A stretch of 64,000 nt of DNA from Candidatus Aenigmatarchaeota archaeon (GTDB lineage Archaea; Aenigmatarchaeota; Aenigmatarchaeia; PWEA01; JACQIF01). Shown here piece after piece: positions 29,741-39,246 of the stretch. Under the pieces are notes generated by a model that had not been told where the DNA came from, searched no databases, and saw only the letters and a list, made by a program, of their open reading frames with translations. Position 1 is the first letter of the stretch. The number at the start of each line of letters is the position of its first letter. The stretch spans positions 160,001-224,000 of the forward strand of contig CP066684.1 in NCBI GenBank assembly GCA_016432325.1, given 5' to 3'. The translations under genes were made by a program, and so were the position numbers.

Positions 29741-30584
29741 GGTTGCCGTGCTGACAGGAGACGGGATAAACTGCGAGGTCGAGATGGCCTACGCCTTCCG
29801 ACTTGCGGGCGCGCAAGCCGACATCATACACCTGACAGACCTGTTCAACGGGGACAGGACGCTCGAACCGTACCAGATGCTTGGGCTTCCCGGAGGCTTC
29901 CATGCGGGTGATGATCTCTGTTCTGGCAAGGTTCTGGCCAACCAACTGCGCACGAAGCTGCGCGAACCTCTCGCGGAGTTCGTTGAAGACGGAAAGCTCA
30001 TGATCGGAATATGCAACGGTTTCCAGGCTCTCGTGCGCGCGGGGATGCTGCCTGCAACGGACGGCATAGACTGGAAGAGCGACGACCCGCAGGTTTACCA
30101 GCAGGCGACGCTCGCGGCGAACGACTCCGGCCGTTTCGAAGACAGGTGGGTTACTGTACGAACTCCCACTATGCTGGAAGAGCTCATCGATACAGATGGT
30201 CCTGTCACGCCCTTCACAAAGTACGTGCGCCAGATCGATTTGCCCGTTCGCCATGGAGAGGGCAAGTTCGTATCTTCCAGAAAAATGATGGATAAGATGT
30301 GGAGCAACAGGCAGATATCATACCTATACGCCAACCCATGCAGTGGAGAAAGGACGGCCGGCTATCCGTGCAACCCCAACGGAGCGATGGACGACATCGC
30401 TGCGATTTCAGACCCCACAGGACGCATCTTCGGCATGATGCCGCATCCCGAGGCTTACAACCACCCCACAAACCACCCCGACTACACGCGCTGGCCCAGA
30501 GAGAAGAGGCGGGCCATGAAGGAAGGCGAAGGCATAGCCATTCTGCGCGGCGGAGTGGAATATGCGCGAGAGCGGCTGCTTTAG
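29724..30584 (+). CDS. purQ: FGAM synthase glutaminase subunit
   Basis: GINC, PGGF..GD, GICNGFQ, HGEG, NPNG, MPHPE. Confidence 0.95.
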   Translation: MNRKPRVAVLTGDGINCEVEMAYAFRLAGAQADIIHLTDLFNGDRTLEPYQMLGLPGGFHAGDDLCSGKVLANQLRTKLREPLAEFVEDGKLMIGICNGFQALVRAGMLPATDGIDWKSDDPQVYQQATLAANDSGRFEDRWVTVRTPTMLEELIDTDGPVTPFTKYVRQIDLPVRHGEGKFVSSRKMMDKMWSNRQISYLYANPCSGERTAGYPCNPNGAMDDIAAISDPTGRIFGMMPHPEAYNHPTNHPDYTRWPREKRRAMKEGEGIAILRGGVEYARERLL

Positions 30585-30591
30585 AAATTAT

Positions 30592-30700
30592 TGGAGCGGG
30601 GGTTGGGAATTGCACCCAAGTAGATCCGCTTTCCGGCATGTCGGAAAATCGCGTTTCCGCACGCCTGCAGGCGGACGCATAGCTGCTCTGCCACCCCCGC
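30592..30700 (-). tRNA. tRNA-Cys(GCA) with 34-nt intron at 37/38 (30631-30664); encoded CCA
   Basis: Acceptor GCGGGGG/CCCCCGC, U73, anticodon stem TCCGC/GCGGA, T stem TTGGG/CCCAA; 75 nt after intron removal. Confidence 0.92.
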
Positions 30701-30701
30701 G

Positions 30702-32177
30702 TCACTTGATGAAACGCCACCTCGGGCCTTCCGACGTATCTTGGACTTCAATTCCGTACTGGTCCAAGAGCCTCTTCCGCAGCTCGTCCGCGGCCGTGAA
30801 GTCCTTCTGCTTCCTCATCTCTTCCCTCTGTTCGATAAGCTTCTTAACCTCGGCGGGTAGAGGGCGTTCCTCTTTTCTGAGTACGGCAAGGACACTGTCA
30901 AAGTCGTGCATTGTGTCGAGTACTCGCTGCGCGTCGCGGGAAGCCATCGCCTTCGTTTCGAGCAGCTTGTTGATGGAACCCACGAAGTGATGCAGAGATG
31001 CCCACATCTCCGGCACGTTAAGGTCATCGTCCATCGTGCGCTCGAACTCTTTGCGCACCTCGGCGACCAGCTTGCGTACGGCTGTACTGCTCTTCCCGTT
31101 CTTGTGACGTGCGAGCCGATCCATGAACTCGTCGAGCTTGTCGAGCGTGTTCGCGGCGTTCTTCAGCGACTCCCAGCTGAAAAGCTGCTGCGTGCGATAG
31201 TGCGCGGTCAGGTAAAAAAACCTCAGCTGGCGCGGCGTGAACGTTTCGTCGATAACGCTCTGCAACCGCAGGAAGTTCCCTTTGGATTTTGCCATCTTCA
31301 AAGGCCGGGCCTTTGAAGTTTCCGACCAATTGTCGGAAATTTTTGTGTCGCTCACGTTCAGGAATTCGCAGTGGAACCAGTACTTGGCGAAAGGACGGCC
31401 TGTGGCCGCCTCGCTCTGCGCGATTTCATTCGTGTGGTGTACGGGTATGTGGTCTATGCCTCCGGCATGTACGTCGAGCGTGCGTCCCAGATACTTCATT
31501 GCCATCGCAGAGCACTCGATGTGCCAGCCGGGGAATCCTCGGCCCCAGGGCGAGTCCCATTCCATGTGGCGTAGCGTGCCCGCAGGAGTGAGTTTCCACA
31601 GCGCGAAGTCCGTGGCGTTGCGCTTGCCTGCCGTGACCTCGACGCGCGCGCCTGCCTTCAATCCTTCGATGTTCAGGCGCGCCAGCTTCCCGTAATCCTT
31701 GAGCCTGGACGTATCAAAGTAGACTCCATCGCGTATCTTGTATGTGTAACCCTTGCGTTCGAGAGTTCTGACGAGAGTAATCTGTTCACTTATGTGGTCT
31801 GTCGCGCGGCACCAGATGTCAGGCATGAGTGCGCCCAGAAGCTCCAAGTCGTTCTTGAAGACCTTCTCGTAAAACGCAGCAATATCCCAGGCGCTCTTAT
31901 GCTCGCGCTGCTCGGCGACTACCATCTTGTCCTCTCCCTGATCGGCGTCATCGGTCAGGTGCCCGACGTCCGTGACGTTCGTGACGTGCTTGACGCGGAA
32001 GCCCTTCCATAGCAAGTAGCGCTTCAGAAGGTCTTCGTTGACGTACGTTCGTAAATTCCCTATGTGCGCGTAGTCGTAGACCGTCGGACCGCACGTGTAC
32101 ATGCGCACGGTCTTCCCCTTCAACGGTTTGAAAATCTCTTTCTTGCGGGAGAGCGTGTTGTAAATCTTGAAAGCCAT
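30702..32177 (-). CDS. cysS: cysteine-tRNA ligase
   Basis: CGPTVY, HIGN, DFALWK, PGWHIECS, HHTNE, KMAKS. Confidence 0.96.
   Translation of the reverse strand: MAFKIYNTLSRKKEIFKPLKGKTVRMYTCGPTVYDYAHIGNLRTYVNEDLLKRYLLWKGFRVKHVTNVTDVGHLTDDADQGEDKMVVAEQREHKSAWDIAAFYEKVFKNDLELLGALMPDIWCRATDHISEQITLVRTLERKGYTYKIRDGVYFDTSRLKDYGKLARLNIEGLKAGARVEVTAGKRNATDFALWKLTPAGTLRHMEWDSPWGRGFPGWHIECSAMAMKYLGRTLDVHAGGIDHIPVHHTNEIAQSEAATGRPFAKYWFHCEFLNVSDTKISDNWSETSKARPLKMAKSKGNFLRLQSVIDETFTPRQLRFFYLTAHYRTQQLFSWESLKNAANTLDKLDEFMDRLARHKNGKSSTAVRKLVAEVRKEFERTMDDDLNVPEMWASLHHFVGSINKLLETKAMASRDAQRVLDTMHDFDSVLAVLRKEERPLPAEVKKLIEQREEMRKQKDFTAADELRKRLLDQYGIEVQDTSEGPRWRFIK
31296..31343 (-). repeat. 45-nt in-frame double-hairpin insertion within cysS
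   Basis: Stems TTTCCGAC/GTCGGAAA (31319-31339) and CTTCAAAGGC/GCCTTTGAAG (31296-31318); 15 extra codons before KMAKS. Confidence 0.75.
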
Positions 32178-32399
32178 GGCTACCCACCTCGTTGCGTTAA
32201 GAACCGAGATATGGGAGAGGCTAAATAAAAGGCGTTACTTTCCGGCGTGCGTGCAAAGGCCCTCACCGAGCATCTCCATCACGGGACTAGATGCGACGAG
32301 CGATTATTTAAACGCAGTCCTGACCGTTTAATCCTCGAATACAACCATTTCACCAAGCCCTCCAAAACGCATAAATAAGTGTCGGGCGCACCTTTTACG

Positions 32400-33104
32400 A
32401 TGGCCATGGTTCCCATAGAAGCGATTGTCACGGAGAAGACGCTTGTAACGCCGTACCTCGGGTTGTTCAAGATAGCGCCAGAAGGTGCTATTCCAAAGTT
32501 CGAGCCGGGCCAGTTCATGATGGTGGGCACGGACGTCGACGGCAAGTATCAGAAGCGCGCCTATTCTATCGTGTCGCCGCCGTACGCAATAGGACACGTC
32601 GAATTCTGCATAAAGGCCTACGAGGAAGGGAAGGTCGCGAAGCACTTGCTTGCGCTACCAAACGGCGCTCGCGTAAAACTCGAAGGCCCTTACGGCAAGT
32701 TCGTCCTGAACGGTTCGCCCAAGGACAAGCTCTTCATCGCGGCCGGCACAGGCATAGCCCCCGTTCTCTCAATGATAAAGACGCTCTTCCACAGGGGCTT
32801 TGGCGGACGCGTGCGTCTGTTCTACGGCGCAAGCTATCCGCACACTCTCGTTTACGCGGACGAGCTGCATGCGCACACGAAGAAGCACGATAACTTTACT
32901 TTTGTGCCGACGGTAAGCAGGGACGTCCAGGGTTGGGCAGGCGAAAAGGGTCGCGTAGAAACCGTATTGCCGAAACACATAAAAGACGCCGAGAACTTCG
33001 AGGCCTTCATCTGCGGACCTCCTCCGATGGTGCAGAATTCCGCAGCGTACCTGAAGTCAGTGGGCTTCGCCGACGCCGACGTGCACATGGAACAGTACTG
33101 GTAG
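32400..33104 (+). CDS. FNR-family FAD/NAD(P)-binding oxidoreductase
   Basis: PGQF, RAYSI, GPYG, AAGTGIAP, CGPPPM, EQYW. Confidence 0.9.
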   Translation: MAMVPIEAIVTEKTLVTPYLGLFKIAPEGAIPKFEPGQFMMVGTDVDGKYQKRAYSIVSPPYAIGHVEFCIKAYEEGKVAKHLLALPNGARVKLEGPYGKFVLNGSPKDKLFIAAGTGIAPVLSMIKTLFHRGFGGRVRLFYGASYPHTLVYADELHAHTKKHDNFTFVPTVSRDVQGWAGEKGRVETVLPKHIKDAENFEAFICGPPPMVQNSAAYLKSVGFADADVHMEQYW

Positions 33105-33815
33105 CTATGCCTTCGCGGGCTGTTTCATCGCATTCCGTATCCTTGCTTTCGTGTCATCTGTGCAACACGCGGCGAAAGCGTTGCGTTCTTCGGTAACAGA
33201 CGCGCCTGCGACGAGTCGCTTGATGTCGCGAACGGCAGGCGGCGCGCGTATCAAGGAGGAAGCCATCTTCGCCGCGCGCTCCATGGGATTCTGCACAACT
33301 TCGTCCACGAGGCCAAGCCACTGCGCCTCTTCTGCGTGCAGTAGGCTTCCCGATACGAGCAGTTTCTTGCCCTTGCTGCTGCCCAAGAGACCGGGGAGCC
33401 TTTTTGTAGTACCAAACGCCGTTGACAGACCGATCCTTACTTCAGGGAAGCCGAATATGGCCGTGTCCGCCGCGATGCGGAAGTCGCACGCCAGCGCGAG
33501 TTCAAGTCCCGGACCCAAAGAATATCCTGTAAGGACTGCGAGCGAAACCTTGTTCGAATTCTCCAGCAGAGAGCATACCTCCTGGCCTAAAGTCGAAATG
33601 TCATAGAAGCCCTGCTTGTCCGCATGGAACAGTTCGTCGGTATCGTATCCAAGAGAAAAGTTCTCCTTGGCCGCGAGCACGATTACGGAACCCTGCGCCT
33701 TGTTGAGGGCGTCTCGCAGTTCGATTAGCAGGCCTGCCGCGATTCTGTTGGAAGGCGATGCGAACGTTATTGTCGTAACTCCGTCGCTCTCAGAGACGAG
33801 AACGTTATCCCCCAT
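33105..33815 (-). CDS. enoyl-CoA hydratase/isomerase family protein
   Basis: FSLGYD, GLELALACD, FGFPEV. Confidence 0.88.
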   Translation of the reverse strand: MGDNVLVSESDGVTTITFASPSNRIAAGLLIELRDALNKAQGSVIVLAAKENFSLGYDTDELFHADKQGFYDISTLGQEVCSLLENSNKVSLAVLTGYSLGPGLELALACDFRIAADTAIFGFPEVRIGLSTAFGTTKRLPGLLGSSKGKKLLVSGSLLHAEEAQWLGLVDEVVQNPMERAAKMASSLIRAPPAVRDIKRLVAGASVTEERNAFAACCTDDTKARIRNAMKQPAKA

Positions 33816-33845
33816 ACGACGGTTTTGTGCGTTCTGGTATAAAAA

Positions 33846-34688
33846 TCATTCGCCGGCCAGTTTCCTCGCATACGCTATGTTCGCGGCGTGGTCGCGTTTA
33901 TCGTCTTCTGGCGTTTCGAGGATGAACGGAAGCTTGCGCAGCTTCTGATGCGTCAGCACGCCGCGCATGCCGTCGTGGCCTATTTTTCCCAAGCCGATGT
34001 GCTCGTGACGGTCCAGCTTCCCACCGAGCGGTCCTTTTGAGTCGTTCAGGTGTATCGCATGCAAACGATTCAGCCCGATGAGTTCGTCGAACGTTCCCAG
34101 CGTTTCATCAAGCCCTTTCTTCTCTGCGATATTGTAGCCTGCAGCGAACGTGTGGCACGTGTCCAGCAAGATGCCCGTACGCTTGAACTTCGTGTTGTTG
34201 AGTATGTACGCCAGATGCTCAAACTTGTAGCATGTCCACGAACCCATCCCGGCCGTGTTCTCAAGAAGCAAGCCAGCGTGCTTCGACGCGTCGGCGAGAG
34301 CGTCCAGCGCGCGCACGATGTTTTTCAGAGCGGCCTCCTCGCCTGCGCCGCCGTGCGAACCCGGATGCACGCACACCCAAGGAAGGCCCAGACGTTCGGC
34401 CGCTTCGAGCTCCTTCCTCATCATCGCGACAGACGCGTGCCAGAGCTTCGCGTCAGACGAACCGAGATTTACCAGATACGTCGCGTGGGAGATCATCGGA
34501 TATTTCAGAAGCGATTCGACGTTCTTCCTGTACGCGGCCGCGTCTGCGTCCGTGAACCGCGGCGAATCCCACATGCGGGGAGAGTGCGTGAATATCTGGC
34601 CGCAGTTGCCGCCTATATCCTGCTCGCGCTTGGGAGCCTCTGTTATAGAGCCGGCGATGCTCACGTGCGCGCCTATTGGTCGGCTCAT
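33846..34688 (-). CDS. nfo: endonuclease IV
   Basis: GAHVSIAG, HATYLVN, HPGS, ENTAG, DTCH, HLNDS, DRH, ETP. Confidence 0.95.
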   Translation of the reverse strand: MSRPIGAHVSIAGSITEAPKREQDIGGNCGQIFTHSPRMWDSPRFTDADAAAYRKNVESLLKYPMISHATYLVNLGSSDAKLWHASVAMMRKELEAAERLGLPWVCVHPGSHGGAGEEAALKNIVRALDALADASKHAGLLLENTAGMGSWTCYKFEHLAYILNNTKFKRTGILLDTCHTFAAGYNIAEKKGLDETLGTFDELIGLNRLHAIHLNDSKGPLGGKLDRHEHIGLGKIGHDGMRGVLTHQKLRKLPFILETPEDDKRDHAANIAYARKLAGE

Positions 34689-35914
34689 CGGGTAGCCTCC
34701 GGGCGTTTCTTCCCTTTGTCGGACTCTATTTTGAAGATTGCAAGGCTGGCGACAACGTTCGAGATGAATATGACAAGGAACGCCACCTGCAGGAAGACGT
34801 CCTCCCCGCCGAACGTAATTCCAAACGCGGCCGGGTACGCGGCCATCGCGGCCGCGGCAAGACCGTTGGGAAGCATGGCCGTTATGATTTTTCTGTCAGT
34901 GGCGACAGGCGCGAACCTCTCCAGAATCCCGGCAGAGCCATAACGGGCCGCCGCCTTGGAAGCTACTACGAGAAGAGCCATGGCGACGGTGGCGATTGTC
35001 AGCGTGGCTATCTCGAGTATGACGCCCATGAAGACGAAGAAGAAGGTGCGCACGAAGAACGTTATCTCCTCCTGCGCGACCTGCAGCTCCGGTTTTAAGA
35101 TTGCTCGTTCCCCTGTGCCCAACATTCCTTTGAAAAGATAGGAGTTGCCCAGCACGATGCCGAAGACGAGAGCGGCAAACGCGCCGTTGCTGCCCGCGCC
35201 CTCGGTGAAGACGTACAGCAACAGACCCGCGGCGAGAGTCAGGAGATAGTTGTACTTCTCCGTCTTTAGGATGTCCAACGTTTTCAGCCAGAGCGCGCCG
35301 GCGAGCAGCGCGAACAGCGACGATATCGTGAACGCTCCGAAGAAGTCCTGCGCCGCTTCGCTGATTGGCAAGGCGTCGCCTGTGGCTATGAGCTGCAGCA
35401 GAAAGATGGACGATATTATGGTCAGCGAGTCATTGATGGACGATTCAAGGCTCAGTATCGTCCGCGTCTCCTCCCCGATATTTATTCGTCGAACAAGAGA
35501 CATCACTACCGAAGAACTCGTTCCGCCGAGGATTGAACCGAGGAGCAAGCCGTGCAGAAGAGGCCAGCCGAACAGGACGGCCACGCCGGAAACCAGCAGG
35601 ACGCTGCCGACGAACGAGGCGAGCGCGAATAACGTCGCAGGAGCCGCTTCCTGAAGGACCTTCTTGTAGTAGAGGGACATGCCGCCCTCTATCAGCAGTA
35701 TTATCAGGACGAGCGTCCCGAAGAACGGCCCCAAAGCCTTCATGCCGGCCAGCGCGGTCGGACCAAATACGCCGAACACAGGGCCTATCATGAGGCCCAG
35801 CAGCATCAGGATGAGGATGTCCGGTATCTTGTACCGCTCGAAGATTTTAGAGGCGAGGAAACCGACGAATATTATCGCGGCTATGAGGGTAAGAGCCGTG
35901 TTGACGTCGACCAT
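34685..35914 (-). CDS. CPA1 (NhaP-type) cation/H+ antiporter
   Basis: LESSIND, FFFVFMG; about 12 TM. Confidence 0.88.
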   Translation of the reverse strand: MVDVNTALTLIAAIIFVGFLASKIFERYKIPDILILMLLGLMIGPVFGVFGPTALAGMKALGPFFGTLVLIILLIEGGMSLYYKKVLQEAAPATLFALASFVGSVLLVSGVAVLFGWPLLHGLLLGSILGGTSSSVVMSLVRRINIGEETRTILSLESSINDSLTIISSIFLLQLIATGDALPISEAAQDFFGAFTISSLFALLAGALWLKTLDILKTEKYNYLLTLAAGLLLYVFTEGAGSNGAFAALVFGIVLGNSYLFKGMLGTGERAILKPELQVAQEEITFFVRTFFFVFMGVILEIATLTIATVAMALLVVASKAAARYGSAGILERFAPVATDRKIITAMLPNGLAAAAMAAYPAAFGITFGGEDVFLQVAFLVIFISNVVASLAIFKIESDKGKKRPEATR

Positions 35915-35947
35915 GCCTTGTAGAAGGGGCCCATGCTATAAAAACGC

Positions 35948-36580
35948 TCAGTACTGCTCCTGCTTGACGACTTCTTCCTTCTGCTCGAGCCAGCGAGTCC
36001 ATTTATCATAGAATCGCTTTGCTATCTCCCTGCCTTTCTTTGACTTTATCTGCTTGTATTCGGCCTCGACCTTCTCGCGGCTCGTGTCTATCAGCATCTC
36101 CTTGGACTGTCCCATCCACAGGCCGACCTCGAACCATATGGGCAGGGTGTTTTCGAGGAACGCGATGCCGTCGGCTTCTACCAGAATCTGGACTTCCTTG
36201 GTGCCGCCTTTCTCGTGCAACTTGATGAACTTCTTCACCCTGTTTATGACGTCCGGCTTTACCTTCTGTTTCCTGAGGAAGTCGGCTGCGATTTCAGCGC
36301 TTTTGTCCGCGAGCGCGAGCTTGTCGAACTGCGGATAACGGTTGTTCTTTATGTACGCGCGGCCGATGTTGTGCAGGAGCGCCGCGACTTCAAGGGCCTC
36401 AGCGTCCATTCCCTTTTCCACGAGTTCTTTCACATGCTCCCTGCATTGCAGGTTGTGGCGGACCATGCCTTCTCCTATGACACGCGGTATCTTGGAGCGG
36501 AAGTCCGAGAACGAGTCGAGCATGAAGTTCTCTGCCTTCTGGACGAGCGCGCTGGACTTGACTACCGGCTTTGGAGGCAT
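35948..36580 (-). CDS. HD-domain-like protein (HD replaced by HN)
   Basis: H..., AALLHNIGR, HE, EADGIAF. Confidence 0.65.
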   Translation of the reverse strand: MPPKPVVKSSALVQKAENFMLDSFSDFRSKIPRVIGEGMVRHNLQCREHVKELVEKGMDAEALEVAALLHNIGRAYIKNNRYPQFDKLALADKSAEIAADFLRKQKVKPDVINRVKKFIKLHEKGGTKEVQILVEADGIAFLENTLPIWFEVGLWMGQSKEMLIDTSREKVEAEYKQIKSKKGREIAKRFYDKWTRWLEQKEEVVKQEQY

Positions 36581-36642
36581 TATAACACCGTTACATTGAA
36601 ATGTGCGGGAGACTATTTAAACCCTACGTCAGTAGACGTACC

Positions 36643-37221
36643 ATGCGAACGTTCGTCCTTTACAGCCAGGGCTCCACAGGGACCTTCAATCTCAACGACC
36701 TGCCTTCGTCTGGGCACAGGATTGACACGGTCGCCCGCTGCGTGAACGCCTCGCTGTGGCTGTCGTATGCGCTGCGCCACGACACGCGTTTTTATGTCGT
36801 GCTCAACGGCCCGCCTGACCCGCCGAAGACGCTGCTCTTCGAAGGAGGCGGCCTTGAAGGAGTGACGCCTGACGAACGCAACATAGGCGCGTGGATACTC
36901 AAGGCCAACGCGGTGCCCGTGCGCGGCAAGGATTGGGCGCGCGCGCAGAAAGGCCTGCATGTCTCGAAGAAGAGCTTCCACGAACTCATGCGGGAATTCA
37001 AAGGGTCGCTCTGCTTGCTGAGCGAGAAAGGCAAGGACATACGCACGGTAGAACTGCCTGCGAACCCGGTTTTTGTCCTCGGCGACAGCCTCGACATTCC
37101 GAAAGGCGAATTGAAACTTCTGGACAAATACAAGCCGCTGCGCGTCTCGCTGGGCAAGCGTTCTTATCTCGCGTCGCACTGCATAACGCTCGTCAACAAC
37201 GAGATGGACAGGCGCGGCTAG
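36643..37221 (+). CDS. trmY: tRNA (pseudouridine54-N1)-methyltransferase
   Basis: LNDLP..RID..ARC, GPPDP, PDER, FVLGD, SLG..Y.ASHCI. Confidence 0.92.
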   Translation: MRTFVLYSQGSTGTFNLNDLPSSGHRIDTVARCVNASLWLSYALRHDTRFYVVLNGPPDPPKTLLFEGGGLEGVTPDERNIGAWILKANAVPVRGKDWARAQKGLHVSKKSFHELMREFKGSLCLLSEKGKDIRTVELPANPVFVLGDSLDIPKGELKLLDKYKPLRVSLGKRSYLASHCITLVNNEMDRRG

Positions 37222-37916
37222 GCGTATCGTTTGGATTCGGTTACCGCGTCCTCGGCGATTATCTGTAATGCATCGAAAAGTTTTGTTTCCGTGTCGTCCT
37301 GTCTCAAGATAACAGACAGCTCGGTGCAGCCAACTATGACGGCTTCGGCACCCTTTTCTACCATGCTGCCAACGATCTTAAGAAGCGTCTTCTTGTCCTT
37401 TGCCGATTCGTTGCCTCCCATTACGTTGAGTATGACCGCGGTCAGAGCCTTGATATCTTCTTTCGTCGGTGTCATGCAAAAAACCCCTTGTTCCTTCAAA
37501 GCGCTGTCGTACATCTTTGATGCGTAGGCGCTCTCAGACGCGAGGAGGCCTACCTTCTTCAATCCTGCGCGCGATACCCTCTTCGCAGTCTCTTCTGTCA
37601 TATCCAGCACAGGAATGGCTAGATGTTGGCGCAGTTTCATGATAAACGTATGAAGCGTATTGCAGGGGATTATAATGAAGTCTGCGCCCCCTCTCTGCAG
37701 TTTTGTGATGCCCTCGATAAACTCTTTGTAGGCGAGGTCTGCGTCTGTTATTCCTGTCTCGTCTGTTCCTTCGAGGGCCTTAGAGTACAAGACTATATCC
37801 GGGTAGTCGGCGTCTTGGATCGCGTTGTATTCGCGCTGGCATCGTTGTATTATGCGCCTGTAAAGTTCTTCGGTGGCTACGGGTCCCATTCCACCCATTA
37901 TGCCTATGACCTTCAT
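37218..37916 (-). CDS. aspartate/glutamate racemase family protein
   Basis: GIMGGMGP.AT, PCNT.H, GCTEL (both catalytic Cys); alternative start 37934. Confidence 0.9.
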   Translation of the reverse strand: MKVIGIMGGMGPVATEELYRRIIQRCQREYNAIQDADYPDIVLYSKALEGTDETGITDADLAYKEFIEGITKLQRGGADFIIIPCNTLHTFIMKLRQHLAIPVLDMTEETAKRVSRAGLKKVGLLASESAYASKMYDSALKEQGVFCMTPTKEDIKALTAVILNVMGGNESAKDKKTLLKIVGSMVEKGAEAVIVGCTELSVILRQDDTETKLFDALQIIAEDAVTESKRYA

Positions 37917-37977
37917 GGAGTGAATTGGGAACATTCCTTATTTAAGTCCTGCGCTTCGCATTACAGGCAGTGATTAA

Positions 37978-39213
37978 ATGCAAGATCGTGTCTTACAAAA
38001 GGCAGTTCGCATTCTCGAGCGTCCGGTCTGCGACCACTGTTTGGGACGCCAGTTCGCCCAGCTGCTGAGCGGGCGCACGAACGTCGAGCGCGGCCGCGCG
38101 ATCCGCGACGCCGTGGCGATGGCTCTGGATTCGGAAGAGAACCTGAAGGTCGACATGAGCAACTTCGCCGGATACAGGTTCCACCACAGCGAGCTGAAGA
38201 CTCCCGAAGCGCGCGTCGCGTGCTCTGCCTGCGCGGACGTTTTTGAAGACGTGGAGACGTATGTCAAAAAGGTCGCGCGCGTCCTGACGAAGCTGGATTT
38301 CAACACCTTTTTGGTTGGCACGCAGGTCAGCGAAGAGCTTATAGGCGCCGAGGAAGAGCTCTGGGAGCGCTCTGGAATAGAGTGGTGCGAACCCATCAAG
38401 GGCGAGCTCAACAGAGAAGTGGGTTCGCGCGTCGAGAAGGTCGTCAAAAAGAAGGTGGACTTCAAGAAACCCGACGTGCTCGTGCTCCTGAATCTCGCCA
38501 AGCGGCGCGTCAGCGTCGAGATAAACCCGCTGTGCATCTACGGCGAGTACAACAAACTGAAGCGCGGCATTCCGCAAACAAAATGGCCGTCGGGAAAATA
38601 CAAGATTTCAGTCGAACAGATTATCGCAAAGCCTTTCATGCGCGCTACAGGAGGGACTAACCACAAACTCCACGGCATGGGCCGCGAGGATATCGACGCG
38701 CGATGCCTCGGCTGGAGGCCGTTCATCCTGGAGATTCTAGAACCGAACAAGCGCAACGTGCGCGTCGCGCAGCTCCAGAAAGCCGCCAACAAGGACAAGC
38801 GCATTCGCGTCAGAAACATGGCTTTCATCGATTCGTCGGCGATAGAGCGCCTGAAGCGCGCGCAGCCCGACAAGAGCTATCGCGCGCTGGTCATACTGAA
38901 CAAAACAGTAGCGCCGGCCCGGCTGAAGAAGCTCGCCGTTCTGAACAACAAGGAAATCTACCAGGAGACGCCCACGCGCGTGATGCACAGGCGCGCAGAC
39001 AAGGTCCGCCGACGCGTGGTCAAGGAAGTCAAGTGGCGCCGTCTCGGCCCCAGAAAAATAGAGATACGTGTCCGCGCGCAGGCCGGCACGTACATCAAGG
39101 AACTGATTTCAGGGGACGGCGGGCGCACGTATCCGTCCGTTTCGGAGCTGCTCGGAGTGAAGGCGCGCGTCAAGGAGCTGGACGTTATAGAGATCCACGG
39201 GAAGAAGTTCTAG
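37978..39213 (+). CDS. pus10: tRNA pseudouridine(54/55) synthase
   Basis: CDHCLGR, PQTKW, HGMGREDID, QETPTRV, GTYIKE..GDGGRT.PS. Confidence 0.95.
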   Translation: MQDRVLQKAVRILERPVCDHCLGRQFAQLLSGRTNVERGRAIRDAVAMALDSEENLKVDMSNFAGYRFHHSELKTPEARVACSACADVFEDVETYVKKVARVLTKLDFNTFLVGTQVSEELIGAEEELWERSGIEWCEPIKGELNREVGSRVEKVVKKKVDFKKPDVLVLLNLAKRRVSVEINPLCIYGEYNKLKRGIPQTKWPSGKYKISVEQIIAKPFMRATGGTNHKLHGMGREDIDARCLGWRPFILEILEPNKRNVRVAQLQKAANKDKRIRVRNMAFIDSSAIERLKRAQPDKSYRALVILNKTVAPARLKKLAVLNNKEIYQETPTRVMHRRADKVRRRVVKEVKWRRLGPRKIEIRVRAQAGTYIKELISGDGGRTYPSVSELLGVKARVKELDVIEIHGKKF

Positions 39214-39246
39214 GCATCTAGCTTCCGCTATTCGTGGTTAACGTGC

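Noticed and set aside
32190-32378. Possible sRNA, riboswitch or tiny ORFs (MVVFED; MMEMLGEGLCTHAGK) between cysS and the oxidoreductase
   Set aside because: Several TATA-like tracts and one weak stem, but no recognisable motif or complete C/D box pair; left unresolved
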